Source: Mobula hypostoma (taxonomy: Eukaryota). From it: a DNA stretch of 64,000 nucleotides. Where the stretch lies: NCBI RefSeq assembly GCF_963921235.1, contig NC_086108.1:66342001-66406000 (forward strand), given 5' to 3'. The notes beneath the pieces were generated by a model that was not told the origin of the DNA, ran no database searches, and saw only the letters and a program-made list of their open reading frames with translations. Below are positions 52,260-64,000 of the stretch, piece by piece. Each line of letters starts with the position of its first letter. The stretch's first letter is position 1. The translations under genes and the position numbers were made by a program.

Positions 52260-52510
52260 GTAAGTAAATTGAGGATAAGTACTGGCTAGGTCTTTTATAA
52301 AACTCTTTTAAGTATTGCAGAAAGATTTCTTGCTCCTACTTGAACAAATTGGTTAACAAGTCCTGACAATGACAGCACCAACGCTAGTGCAGTTCCATCA
52401 CAGCACACCATGCAACAATTAAAAATAGTCCATAATAATTTTAGTTCCAACCCAGGAGAATGGATATCACATGACTGCTTTCTAAATTCAGTTTCACAGC
52501 GGACAAAGGC
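52260..52510 (+). mobile_element. Highly diverged Deu-domain SINE-like remnant (SacSINE1/AmnSINE-like)
   Basis: gaggataagtactggctagg...gacagcaccaacgctagtgcagttccatcacagcacacca resembles the Deu core as I recall it; low identity. Confidence 0.4.
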
Positions 52511-53834
52511 AAGGTTTAATTTGGGACAACATCCATTTGTTATGAGTCAGCTTTCTTGGGGGATTGATTTTACAACATCTGGCAATCCATTTGGGACCTA
52601 ATTCCCCCAGTATATAACTACTTTTAAGTTTTGTGAACCAGAAAGCAGACTTTTCTGATTTGAGAGAGACCGTAAAGTGTTTGCCTTCAAACACAGAAAC
52701 AGTGTTAAATTTGAAGGGAAACTGAATAATTAATGCATTTGTTTTTAAAACAAAATTAACTTTAAAATAATTTATTGTTTTATTATTGCAGAATAGTGTT
52801 TAGAACTAAATAAAGGTCTAATGTTTTCATGGTGTATATGATGAATAAACTCTTCTTAATATAATATTTAGAACTGTTCTGCCAATTGTAATATTATTAA
52901 TTAGTGATTACATAATGCTGCTCTCTACCAGATATTCAATATGGATTGATCAATAAAAAAATTAAAAGTTCAAATCTTCAAACCCACATTAGTTAGTTTT
53001 AACTTGCTTGCCTCAAAAATGGAGCCATCTATTCAAATGCCACCTCTGCATTCCACTGCCACTCAACTGTTCCCTAATTGAAGTTCCAGCTTTCTCATTG
53101 TTTCCTGTTTGAAATATTTTGCCTATATTATCAACTTGTGATGTCTTTTGACTCCTACTTAAACTACCAACTAATAAATTATCCTTCAGCTGTACGTTCA
53201 CTAAGATAATTAATATTGTCTAAACAATGGGAATCCCAAATGTCTTACTTTCAAAATAACTATGTTACCCTCTTTGCAGATATTTTACTCTTCTGTTGTC
53301 TATCTTCACCAACTTTAGCACAATCCACAACCTCACTTTCTTTGCTAAGAACGTGTTTTGTTTCCTGGCTATGTGAATTTCCCTGTTTGAAAACCTTTAA
53401 TCCATCTACAACACTGGAATCCTCTGGTCAAAGTCATGAATAATTGTAATGAGTCTTTGCAACCTGTCCTTTTCAATTTCTCCTGGATGGTTGACATTGG
53501 CAAGCCCAACAACCTCTCCAATCACATCTCCTTTGCTGCCCCATTTCATGAAACTATCCTCACCTGGTTCTATTCCTGTATGTCCAAAGACAGCTGGAGT
53601 ATCTTCAGTAACAGTTTATTTTCCTTTCTCCACCTACACTTTTTGCATCAGGGATTCCATTAAAATTGAACCATGGATCTTTTTCTGCATCAATGTAATA
53701 CTGACTGCAACATCACAGCGCAGCTGCTGGTTGACTAACCTATGAATAGTGTTAGCATCAAGTTCCATTTTTCCGCTTTTCTCAACTGCCTGTCTACCTC
53801 TGTGATGTGAGAAGTGGAGGTAGCTCTAAGCATC

Positions 53835-54740
53835 TTCAAGACTCAATGGCTAAAATCAATGTTCAAAGTAAATTTATTATTAAGGTACACATATTTCATC
53901 GTATACAACCCTGAGCTTCATTTCCTTGCAGGCATACTTAATAAATCCATAACCATAATAGAATCAATGAAAGACCACGGCAACAGGGCAGTCAAACAGT
54001 GTGCAAAAGACAACAAACTGTGCAAATACAAAAATAATGAAACAGAAATAAATAATAATAACAATAAATAAGTAATCAATAAACATTGAGAACATGAGAT
54101 GAAGATTCCTTGAAAGTGAGTCATTAGGTTGCAGGAACATTTCAGTGATAGAGTAAGTGAAGTTGAGATAAATTATCCCCTCTGGATCAGGACTCTGATG
54201 GGTAAGGTGTAATAACTACTTCTGAACCTAGTGGTGTGACTTCTAAGACTCCTGTACCTTCTTCAGCAGCGAGAAGAGAATATGACCTAGGTGATTAGAG
54301 TCCTTGATGATGAAGCACTCCATGTAGATGTGCTCAGTGGTGGGGAAAGCTTTACCCATAATGGACTGGGCAATATCCATTACTTCTGTAAGATTTTCCA
54401 TTTAAGGACATTGCCGTTTCCATACCAGGCTGTGATACAGACAGTTATGTACCCTCCACCACACCTCTATAGAAGTTTGTCAAAGTTTTAGATGTCATGC
54501 TGAATCTTCGCGAACTCCTAAGGAAGTAAAGGCACCTCTGTTCCTCCTTCATAATCGCACTTACATGCTAGGCCCAGGACAGTTCCTCTGAAATGATAGC
54601 AGCGAGGAATTTAAAGTTGCTGACCCTCTCCACCTCTGATGCCTAGATAAGGACTTGCTCATGAATCTCATTTTTCCTCCTCCTGAAGTCAATAATGTCA
54701 TGCTGACATTGAGTAAGAGGTGGTTATTGTGGCACCATCA
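53835..54740 (-). mobile_element. Rex1/Babar LINE 3' part
   Basis: Collinear with 16870-17332 plus 21131-21230; AATAAA on the minus strand at about 53873-53878. Confidence 0.75.
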
Positions 54741-55166
54741 AATCAAAGAATCTCAGCTGATTGCCATCTACTGCACTACATTGCCATCCTCCATATTCCT
54801 ACCAATGAAATAGTAAATTAGCTTTCTTTTCATCAAAAATTACTTGCAGGAAATAATGGAAACCATGGGCAGGGAATCTAGCTGAATTGTGGATCTTCTA
54901 TGCCCACAATTAATATTAATCCCATCATGCCATTACTGATAAAACTAAGCAAGTCCCAAAGGATTTCATTCCCAGACTGGTTCAGCAGCAGATGGTGAGA
55001 GAACTAAGTTACGTGACATTATTCTCCCAATCTACTGTTACAACCTGTCCACAATAGCACAGGTATTGGAGAGAATCAAACTCTCATTTCAGCAGTGAAT
55101 GACTTTATTGTGTGCTATGATATTACAAATATGTAAGGTGGAGCAGGTAATGTTGCGATGTCATTG

Positions 55167-55560
55167 GGCACCATGGTAACATTGTGTTTAGCATGATGCT
55201 AATACAGCTCAGGGTATTGGAGCAACACGCACAAAATGGTGGAAGAACTCAGCAGGCCAGGCAGCATCTATGGAAAAAAGTACAGTTGATGTTTCGGGCC
55301 GAGACCCTTCAGCAGGACTTTGGGAGTTCAATCCCAGTGTCCTCTCTATGGAGTCTCTGTTTGTCCTCCCCAAGGAATGCATAGGTTTTCTCTGGGTCAA
55401 CCATTTTCTTCTCACAGTCCAAAGATATACTGGGAAGGTTAATTGGTCATTGTAATTCTCCCATGAGGTTAGGGCTAAATTGTGGTTGTCACTGGGCGGT
55501 GCAGCTCAAAGGGCCAGAATGTCCTATTCCAATCTGAATCTCCAAACAAATAAATAAAAC
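55167..55560 (+). mobile_element. V-SINE interrupted by a Penelope pLTR fragment (about 55217-55319)
   Basis: Box-B-like gagttcaatccc plus a V-core resume after ...cagcaggact; (aaat)n tail at about 55550. Confidence 0.7.
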
Positions 55561-57799
55561 AAAGTATTAAGATTACATCAAATTGGGGCCTTTAACTTTC
55601 TGGCTCAACTACAACCACACTCCTTCATTAGCAATTAATGCCAACCATATATTGTTGCAACATACACAAGAACATGCCAACAGCAGGACCAGGCACACTT
55701 AATTTTAAATGATGCTTTCTGGGAAGATAGGTAAGCCAGAATTTTATTTCATATATGTCTATGATTTTATCCAAGGGCTCTAATACTTCTTTATTTGAAA
55801 ATACATTGAAAGAGGCTGTTCAGGTAGCAATACAAACATTAACAAACCTATTTATAAATAAATCTTCAGTGCCTTGATACAATAACTACCAATGGCATCT
55901 GATGCTTTGCAAATTGTAACTGAGTTTGGGTAACTTTATTGACCAATATAATTTTGAACAAGCTTTTTTCTGGGAAACAAAGCCGGTTGATCTCAATAAG
56001 CCTTTGCATGTCACTGAGCATTCAGAATTGGGAGAGAAGAGGCTTACACTTATGTTTCTCACCTTTATGGCCACAAAATTGAATAGGTTTGAAACACAGG
56101 GACATTTTTTTCCACTGCAGATCTGGTGTAATTTTCTAATGAATGGGCTCTCATGTGAAGAAGAGGTCAGTGGATAGTGGTTGCAATAAAAGCATGATTG
56201 CATGGTACTCGACTTAAACAAAAGAGTCCCTGCATTCTGCTTGTAAGAGCACAATGAATTTACATTGACTAGAACAATGTATTTTTTTGAATGTTCCTCA
56301 GTTTGGTGGAGAGCATACTACAAGGCTTGGTGTGAGAGGATAGGAGTACACATAAGGGTGGGGGCTGTTAGTGAAGCAATCACCCTTTGCTCAAGGTCAA
56401 GAGCTAAAATTTATGAGAACATGAGAATAAAATTCTGTCATTATGTATTGGCTTTAAAATATACAAAAAGTTAAGCTTGAAGAGTGAGATACCTTGGTAA
56501 CATGCACCAAGCTGGTTATCTGGGCACAAATTAATCAGTAGAAATTATGAAACCATGGTGCTACTGGCCATAGTGATTCTAGCTACCTACATATTCCACT
56601 TGCAACAATGAAGTGTCAGTTTTGAGACCAGACCAACAAATGGTTTGTGGTTAGAGTCCTTGCCTCGCTTTTCAGTATTTAAAAAGAAACATTTGTCTGC
56701 AATGTTTGAAATTTGGCCTAGTAATTTCATTCCATTGTAGGAGGGCAAACAGTGTGGTGGAATCATAGTGTCAAAAATTAGTTTGTCATTTCACATTTGA
56801 GAAATTTAAATAAAATCCGGTGTCTTTCTTGCTGATTAATGTGGCTTGGCAGCAGGAAATATTTAAGAATACTTGATGACCACATCTTGAATTTTCCTGA
56901 AAACTTATACTACACAAGAAAGTGGTTCTGTGACATTGTTTTATAAAGGAAAAATGATGCCATTTTACAGATGTGATTTTAGCTTTCTGTTTGGTTACTA
57001 TAAAGTCTGCCTTTTACCTTATGTGGAAAAGTCTCATTCAAGTCGATGTGGAGTAATAATAAGCCTCAGCTGTCAACAGAATTGAGTTTGAAACTAAAGC
57101 TTCAACTAAACTAATGCTTTACTTGATTTATTTTATTAACAAGTGTCAAATAACATTGCTTATTGAACCCAGGTAAAGGTATGAGAGTATAGATAGCAAG
57201 GAAGCTACTGGTAAGGGAGAGAGGTGCAATTGGAATGCAAAAAGGTATTGGTTTGAAATGTTATTAAAGCTGATCATTAAAATAATTAACTGTTCTGATG
57301 GAATAATATTAAACACCTCTTAAGTGATTATGATAAAGCTGTATTTGTTTTCTACATGATGTTTTGCAATAAAGCATGCTTCTATTGTAATTTTGTTATC
57401 TCTGGATACTTACTTATGAGGCTGACATTCTTCGGTGCCATATAAATCCACACAATTTATATTTGGCTCCCATGCATCACATTATCCTTATTGAGTCAGT
57501 TTATCTATGTTTGTAAATACCATGTTGATTGAGTAGATTTTCTCAACAGTGAATAGGTTTAAATTGGTCTTCATTACCTTTGATATTATCTAAGTCATAA
57601 GAAAAACAAGCACAAATCTCTTGAGGAAACATGCAGTGACTGGTAATACATTTGGGTCATTTCAGCTGCAGAATATCTACTTAATACTAAGTGCTTTGCC
57701 AAACTGAATCAGTTTCTGTGATACTTTCCTTCATTACCTCTAGTCACTAGTACATAAACTCATCCATTATGACTGATGTTCTGGACTAATGTTCTAAGT

Positions 57800-60700
57800 T
57801 GCATCTATTTCAATGCAAAGAATATTGTAGGTAAGTGAGATGAGCTTTGAGCATGGAAAAGCACGTGGAATTATGATTTTGTAGCCAATCGTGAGATTTA
57901 GTTTCAAGAGGGGCAGCACTGGCAGCTCAGTGTTCTGGGATTCCATTGTTTTAGATATGATAGAGGGCAGATATTAAAGGGGAGGGGTTGCATTACGCTT
58001 CAGGCAAAATAGCACAACGATGAGAAAACAGGAAAGACTGGAGGGCTTATCTATTGAAGCTGCATGTGTTGAACTGAGGAAATAAGACAGGGATAACCAC
58101 ATTAATGGGATTACATTATAGACCTCCCAATTGTCCATGGGATTTAGAGGAGCAAATTGGTCGAGTTTACAGTTAGTTGCAAATAAAATAAAGTTATGAT
58201 AATAGGTTATTTTAATTTTCCTAATATTGACTGGGACTACCTACTGTAAAATGATTGGGTGGGATAGAATTTATCAATGGTGTTCGGGAAAGTATCCTTA
58301 AGTAATATATAGAGGTCACAGCTAGAGAGAGCATGGTACTGGATCTTCTATTAGGGAAGGACACAAAACTGCTAACAGAAGGGGAACACTTTGGATCCAG
58401 TGATCTTAATTCCATGATTTTCAAGATAATTATGAAGAAGGACTGGATCTCAAGTTGAGATTCTAAATTGCAGAAAGGCCAATTTTGATGGCATCAGAAA
58501 GGATGCAGGTGTGGTTTGGGACAGGCTGTTTTCTGGCAAAGGAATGCAAGGGAAGTGGCAGACCTTCGCAAATGCAATACTGAGCATACAGAATTTGTAT
58601 GCTCCTGTCAGAATACAAGATAATCCTAAATGGGAGTTTAGGGAATCTTGTTTTTCAAGGGAAATTGAGGCCCTGGTTCAGAAGAAGGAGGTGCATTGTA
58701 GGCATAGGCAGCAATGAACAAATGAGGGATATAAGAAATGCAAGAGAACACTTAAAAGGGATAGCTGGAGGCTAAAATAAGGCACAATTTTGCTCTGGCA
58801 GATAAAGGTGAAGGAGCCTTCTACAGATATATTAACAACAAGAGGATAGCAAGGCACAAAGCAGGTCCACTTGAAGATCAGCGTGGTTATCTATACATGG
58901 GGCTGAAAGAGATGGGGAAGATCTTAAATGGGTTTTTGGCAACTGCATTTACTCAGAAGATGGACACAGAGTCTATAGAACTGAGGCTAAACAGTAGTGA
59001 GGTCATTAACTGTATCCAGATTACAGAAGAGGAGGTGCTTGCTGTCTTGAGGCAACTTAGGGTGGGTAAGTCCCCAGGGCCTGATAAAGTGTCCCCTCAG
59101 ACCTTGTGGGACATTAGTGCGGAAATCACAGGAGCCCTGGCAGAGGCATTTAAAATGTCCTTAACCATGGGTGAGGTACCAGAGGACTGGAGGATAGCTA
59201 ATGTTGTTCAATTGTTCATGAATAGTTCTACACATAAGCCAGAAAATTATAGGCCAGTGAGCCCAACATCAGTACTGTGGGACAGGAAATATCAGTCTTT
59301 GGATAGACATGTCCTGATTAGGGATAGTCAACGTGGTAGGTCGTGTCTAAACATCTTACAGAGTTATTCGAGTATGTTACCAGGAAAGTTAGATCATAAG
59401 ACGTAGGAGCAGAATTAGGCCATTTGGCCCAGTGTGTCAGCCCTACTACTTCATAATGGCTGATTTCTAGTAACGTATACAAAATGCAGGAAGAGCTCAG
59501 CAGGTCGGGCAGCATCTATGGAATGGAATAAACAGTCAACACTTTGGGCCAAGATCCTTCATTAGGACTGCAGCCGATTTATCATCTCTCTCAACCCCAT
59601 TCTCCTGTCTTTTCCCAATACCTCTGACACATTTACTAATCAAGAATCTATTTAAATATATCCAATTCCACAGATTTACCATCCTCTGTCTAAAGGAATT
59701 CCACCTCATCTCTGTTCTGAAGGGACTATTCTGTGGCTGTGCCCTTAGGTCCTAGACTCACCCACTATCCTCTCCATGGCCACTCTATGTAGACCTTCCA
59801 ATATTTGATAGGTTTCAATAACATCCCTCCTCATTCTTCTAACTCCAGTGAGTACAGGCCCTGAGCCATCAAACACGCCTTGTACATTAACCCTTTCATT
59901 CCCAGAATCATTCCCGTGAACTTCCTCTGGAAACTGTCCAATGCCAGCTCATCCTTTTCTAGATAAGGTGTCCAAAATTGCTCACAATTCTCCAAGTACA
60001 GACTGACCAAAACATTAAAAAGCCTTAGCATTGCATCTTTACTTTTATATTTAAGTCTTCTTGAAATGAATGCTACTACTGCATTTGCCTTCCTTACCAC
60101 TGATTCAATCTGCAAATTAATCCTTAGGGAATCCTGCACAAGGACTCTCAAGTCCCTTTCCACCTATAATTTCTGAATTTGCTCAACGCTTAGAAAATAG
60201 TCTATGTCTTTATTCTTTCTACCAAAGTGCACGACCATACACTTCCCTATTCTATAGTCCATTTCCCACCTCTTTGCCCTTTCTCATAATCTAAGTCCTT
60301 CTGCAGATTTTCTACCTCCTCAACATTATCTGCCCCTCCACCTATCTTTGTATCATCTGCAAACTTGGCTACAAAGCCATCAATTCCATCATCCAAATCA
60401 TTGACATAATGTGAAAAGAAGTGGTCCCAACACCAACCTCTGCAGAACACCACTTGTCAATGGTAACCATACTGAACAAACACCCTTTATTCCCACTTTT
60501 GCCTCCTGCCAGTCAGACAATTTTCTACCCATGCTGCTTTCTTCCCTAGCTCTTATCTTGATTAGCTTCCTCATGTGCAGCACCTTGTCAAAGGCCTTCT
60601 GAAAATCCAAGTAAACAACGATGACTTAGTGGGAGAAACCAGGAAGTGGTAGTAGATGGTTGTCTCTCTGACTGGAGGCCTGTGACTAGTGCTGTATCTC

Positions 60701-61610
60701 AGAGATCGATGCTGGGTCTGTTTTGTTTATGAAAATTTATGATTTAGATGATAATGTGGTTAAATGGATCAGCAAATATGCAGATGGCACTAAGATTGGG
60801 GGTGTAGTGGACAACGAGAAAGGCTATCAAACCTTGCAGTGGGATCTGGACCAGCTGGTAAAATGGGCTGAAAAATGGCAAATGAAATTTAATGTAGACA
60901 AGAGTGAGGTGTTACACTTGGGGAGGGCAAACCAGAGTAGGACATACACAGTGAATGGTTGGGCATTGAAGAGTGTGGGAGAACAGAGGAATCTGGGAAC
61001 GCTTATCCATAATTCCTTGTAAGTAGCATCCCAGTAAGATAGGTTTGTTTAGAGGGCTTTTTTCATATTGATGTTTATAATTCAGAATATTAAGTACGGA
61101 AATTGGACTGTTATGTTTAAGATGTTAGTGAGGCCAACTTTGGAGGTATTGTGTGCAGTTCTGGTCACTTACCTACAGGAAAGATACCAATAAGTGTAAA
61201 AAAGTTCAGAAAAAATTTTCAAGGATGTTGCCAGGACTTGAGGACCTAAGTTATGGGGAAATGCTGAAGAGGTTTGGACTTAATTCCCTGGAGGTGGGAG
61301 AATGAGGGGAGATTTGACAGAGGTATACAAAATTAAGGGAAGTATAGATAGGCTAAACACAGGCAGGCATTTTCCATTGAGTTTGGGTGAGACTAGAACT
61401 AGAGGTCATACGTTAAGGGTGAAAGGGAGAACCTGAGGAGGATCTTCTTCAGTCAAAGGGTAGTGCGAGTGTGGAATAAGCTAACAGTGGATGCAGATTT
61501 GACTGCAGCATTTCAGAGAAGTTTGAATAAATGCATGGATGTGAGGGGTATGGAGGGGTCAATGGGAGTAGGCAGAGTAACAGTTTGGCATGAGATTGAT
61601 TGGCAGCTTG
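57800..61610 (+). mobile_element. Old degenerate CR1 ORF2, split by an opposite-strand CR1
   Basis: ORFs 58511-58717, 58897-59406 (VPEDWRIANV...NYRPVS) and 60723-61022. Confidence 0.85.
59390..60625 (-). mobile_element. Nested CR1 (minus) containing a Penelope pLTR fragment at about 59470-59570
   Basis: ORFs 60398-60610, 60247-60453 (KFADDTK) and 59831-60163; tail near 59392. Confidence 0.85.
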
Positions 61611-61856
61611 TTAGTACAAAAGGTTTAGGTGGGGCAGAATTTTTCTAGTTGTACCCAGAAAGGGATCCTGACACAGTATGTAACCAGTCCACCTGGAGGA
61701 GTGGCCACACTGAATATAATACTAAGCAATGAACCTGAGCAGCTGACAGGCCTCTTGGTGGGTGTGCATTTCAGAAACCATGACCATAACTCCCTGTCCT
61801 TCAGCATAGCCATGGACAAGGACAAGAGCTGATAATACGGGTAAGTAGTTACAGTA

Positions 61857-62915
61857 GCACACATCAAAGTTGCTGGTGAACGAAGCAGGCCAGGCAGCAT
61901 CTCTAGGAAGAGGTACAGTCGACGTTTCAGGCCAAGACTTTTCGTCAGGACTAACTGAAGAAGGAGGTAGTAAGAGATTTGAAAGTGGGAGGGGGAGGGG
62001 GAGATCCAAAATGATAGAAGAAGACAGGAGGGGGAGGGATGGAGCCAAGAGCTGGACAGTTGATTGGCAAAAGGGATATGAGAGGATCATGGGACAGGAG
62101 GCCCAGGGAGAAGGAAAAGGGGGAGGGGGGAAAAAAACCCAGAGGATGGGCAAGGGGTATAGTCAGAGGGACAGAGGGAGAAAAAGGAGAGAGGGAGAAA
62201 GAATGTGTGTATAAAAATAAATAATGGATGGGGTACGAGGGGGAGGTGGGGCATTAGCGGAAGTTAGAGAAGTCAATGTTCATGCCATCAGGTTGGAGGC
62301 TACACATGTAGCCATACATGTAGCCAGTGGCCACACATTTTAATTCCACATCCCATTCCCATTCTGACATGTCTATCCACGGCCTCCTCTACTGTAAAGA
62401 TGAAGCCACACTCAGGTTGGAGGAACAACACCTTATATTCCATCTGGGTAGCCTCCAAGCTGATGGCATGAATATTGACTTCTCTAACTTCCGCTAATGC
62501 CCCACCTCTCCCTCGTACCCCATCCATTATTTATTTATATACACACATTCTTTCTCTCTTTCTCCCTCTGTCCCTCTGACTATACCCCTTGCACATCCTC
62601 TGGGTCCCCCCCCCCCCTTTCCTTCTCCCTGGGCCTCCTGTCCCATGATCCTCTCATATCCCTTTTGCCAAACACCTGTCCAGCTCCTGGCTCCATCCTT
62701 CCCCCTCCTGTCTTCTCCTATCATTTTGTATCTCCCCCTCTCCCTCCCACTTACAAATCTCTTACTAGCTCTTCCTTCCGTTAGTCCTGACGAAGGGTCT
62801 CGGCCCGAAATGTCGACTGTATCTCTTCCTAGAGATGCTGCCTGGCCTGCTGCGTTCACCAGCAACTTTGATGTATGTTGCTTGAATTTCCAGCATCTGC
62901 AGAATTCCTCGTGTT
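61857..62915 (+). mobile_element. Penelope-like insertion with inverted 5' pLTR
   Basis: GIY-YIG C-terminus VATHFNS...RLEEQHLIFHLGSLQADGMNIDFSNFR at about 62327-62497. Inverted arms at about 61857-62303 and 62450-62878. TSD TAAGTAGTTACAGTA at 61842-61856 and 62916-62930. Confidence 0.9.
62783..62818 (+). ncRNA. Minimal hammerhead ribozyme motif (stem III variant)
   Basis: AGUC-CUGACGA-A-GGGU-CUCG-GCCC-GAAA-UG-UC-GACU. Confidence 0.7.
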
Positions 62916-62954
62916 TAAGTAGTTACAGTAATTAGGGGAGGGTTAATTACAAAA

Positions 62955-64000
62955 ATAACAACTTATTTATAGATCTCTTTTTATACAAATGATGTAACTT
63001 GAAGTGTTTTACAATGGGATAAAGTGCAAACATGAAAATAAAAGACAAAACGATGCTATTTAAATACAATGCTAAATCAATTGATTTCTAGCTGGCATTT
63101 AAAAGTGTCAACTGAGTCTGCATCCTTATAATTTTAGGTATTGAGTTCCATAATTCAAAAAGGCTGCCCTGCCTGTTATCTTTTGAGGAAGATAGTTTAA
63201 ATTTTAAGAAACTGGCTGAAGAAGACCTGAAAGCTCGAGCAGGATTATAAAAAGAGAACTATTCTGTGATGTAACACACATAAAAGTTGCTGGTGAACGC
63301 AGCAGGCCAGGCAGCATCTCTAGGAAGAGGTGCAGTCGACGTTTCAGGCTGACACCCTTCGTCAGGACTAACTGAAGGAAGAGTGAGTAAGGGATTTGAA
63401 AGTTGGAGGGGGAGGGGGAGAGTACCCCATCTGTTACTTATTTTTATACACACATTCTTTCTCTCACTCTCCTTTTTCTCCCTCTGTCCCTCTGAATATA
63501 CCCCTTGCCCATCCTCTGGGTCGCCCCCCCCCCCACTTGTCTTTCTTCCCGGACCTCCTGTCCCATGATCCTCTCGTATCCCTTTTGCCTATCACCTGTC
63601 CAGCTCTTGGCTCCATCCCTCCCCCTCCTGTCTTCTCCTATCATTTTGGATCTCCCCCTCCCCCTCCAACTTTCAAATCCCTTACTCACTCTTCCTTCAG
63701 TTAGTCCTGACGAAGGGTCTGTACCTGAAACGTCGACTGCACCTCTTCCTATAGATGCTGCTTGGCCTGCTGCGTTCACCAGCAACTTTTATGTGTGTTG
63801 CTTGAATTTCCAGCATCTGCAGAATTCCTGTTGTTTGCTATTCTGTGATGTACCATATTTCAGTCCCAGAATAATGAGAGCTTTCAAATCAATTCTAAAA
63901 GATGCAGGAAGCCAGTGCAGAGTAGTTAGGATTGGAGTGATATGCTCCCTCATCCTGGTTTTAGATAAATGTCTAGCTACGAATTCTGAATGAGTTGAAT
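62955..64000 (-). mobile_element. L2-clade LINE 3' part, split by a Penelope insertion
   Basis: The minus strand at about 63870-63950 reads REHITPILTTLHWLPASFRIDLKALII, a typical L2 ORF2 C-terminal motif. Confidence 0.8.
63274..63837 (+). mobile_element. Penelope-like insertion with inverted 5' pLTR
   Basis: Inverted arms at about 63274-63421 and 63651-63798. TSD CTATTCTGTGATGTA at 63259-63273 and 63838-63852. Hammerhead motifs at 63334-63369 (-) and 63703-63738 (+). Confidence 0.9.

Noticed and set aside
55560..57790. Short ORFs in a TE-poor region (55886-56254, 55926-56177, 56265-56474)
   Set aside because: Overlapping on opposite strands with no motifs; consistent with chance ORFs.

Overview
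Eukaryotic, repeat-dominated intronic or intergenic DNA. It is most likely from a cartilaginous fish (shark or ray), inferred from the CR1 (HER1-like) LINEs with (CTATGTTT)n-type tails, V-SINE/HE1-like SINEs and Penelope-type repeats. I found no intact host gene. Most of the window is nested retroelements: many CR1 copies, L1, Rex1/Babar, RTE, L2, Penelope-like elements, several Ty3/Gypsy elements, solo LTRs and one Tc1-type MITE. TE-poor AT-rich stretches lie at about 32.1-33.7, 49.7-53.3 and 55.6-57.8 kb. The top finding is a Ty3/Gypsy element (5010-9310, minus strand) whose integrase is replaced, in frame, by an intronless sarcomeric myosin heavy-chain rod fragment (MYH16-like, about 6082-6645). 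A related integrase-bearing element in the same window (46265-49510) brackets the replacement. Other findings are minimal hammerhead ribozymes in at least 6 Penelope pLTR copies, Penelope insertions with inverted ends and 15-bp TSDs, a complete miniature LTR element with a 5-bp TSD, a perfect 209-bp fold-back duplication, and solo LTRs carrying copy-specific minisatellites. All family assignments come from motifs I recognised by eye; no database search was run.
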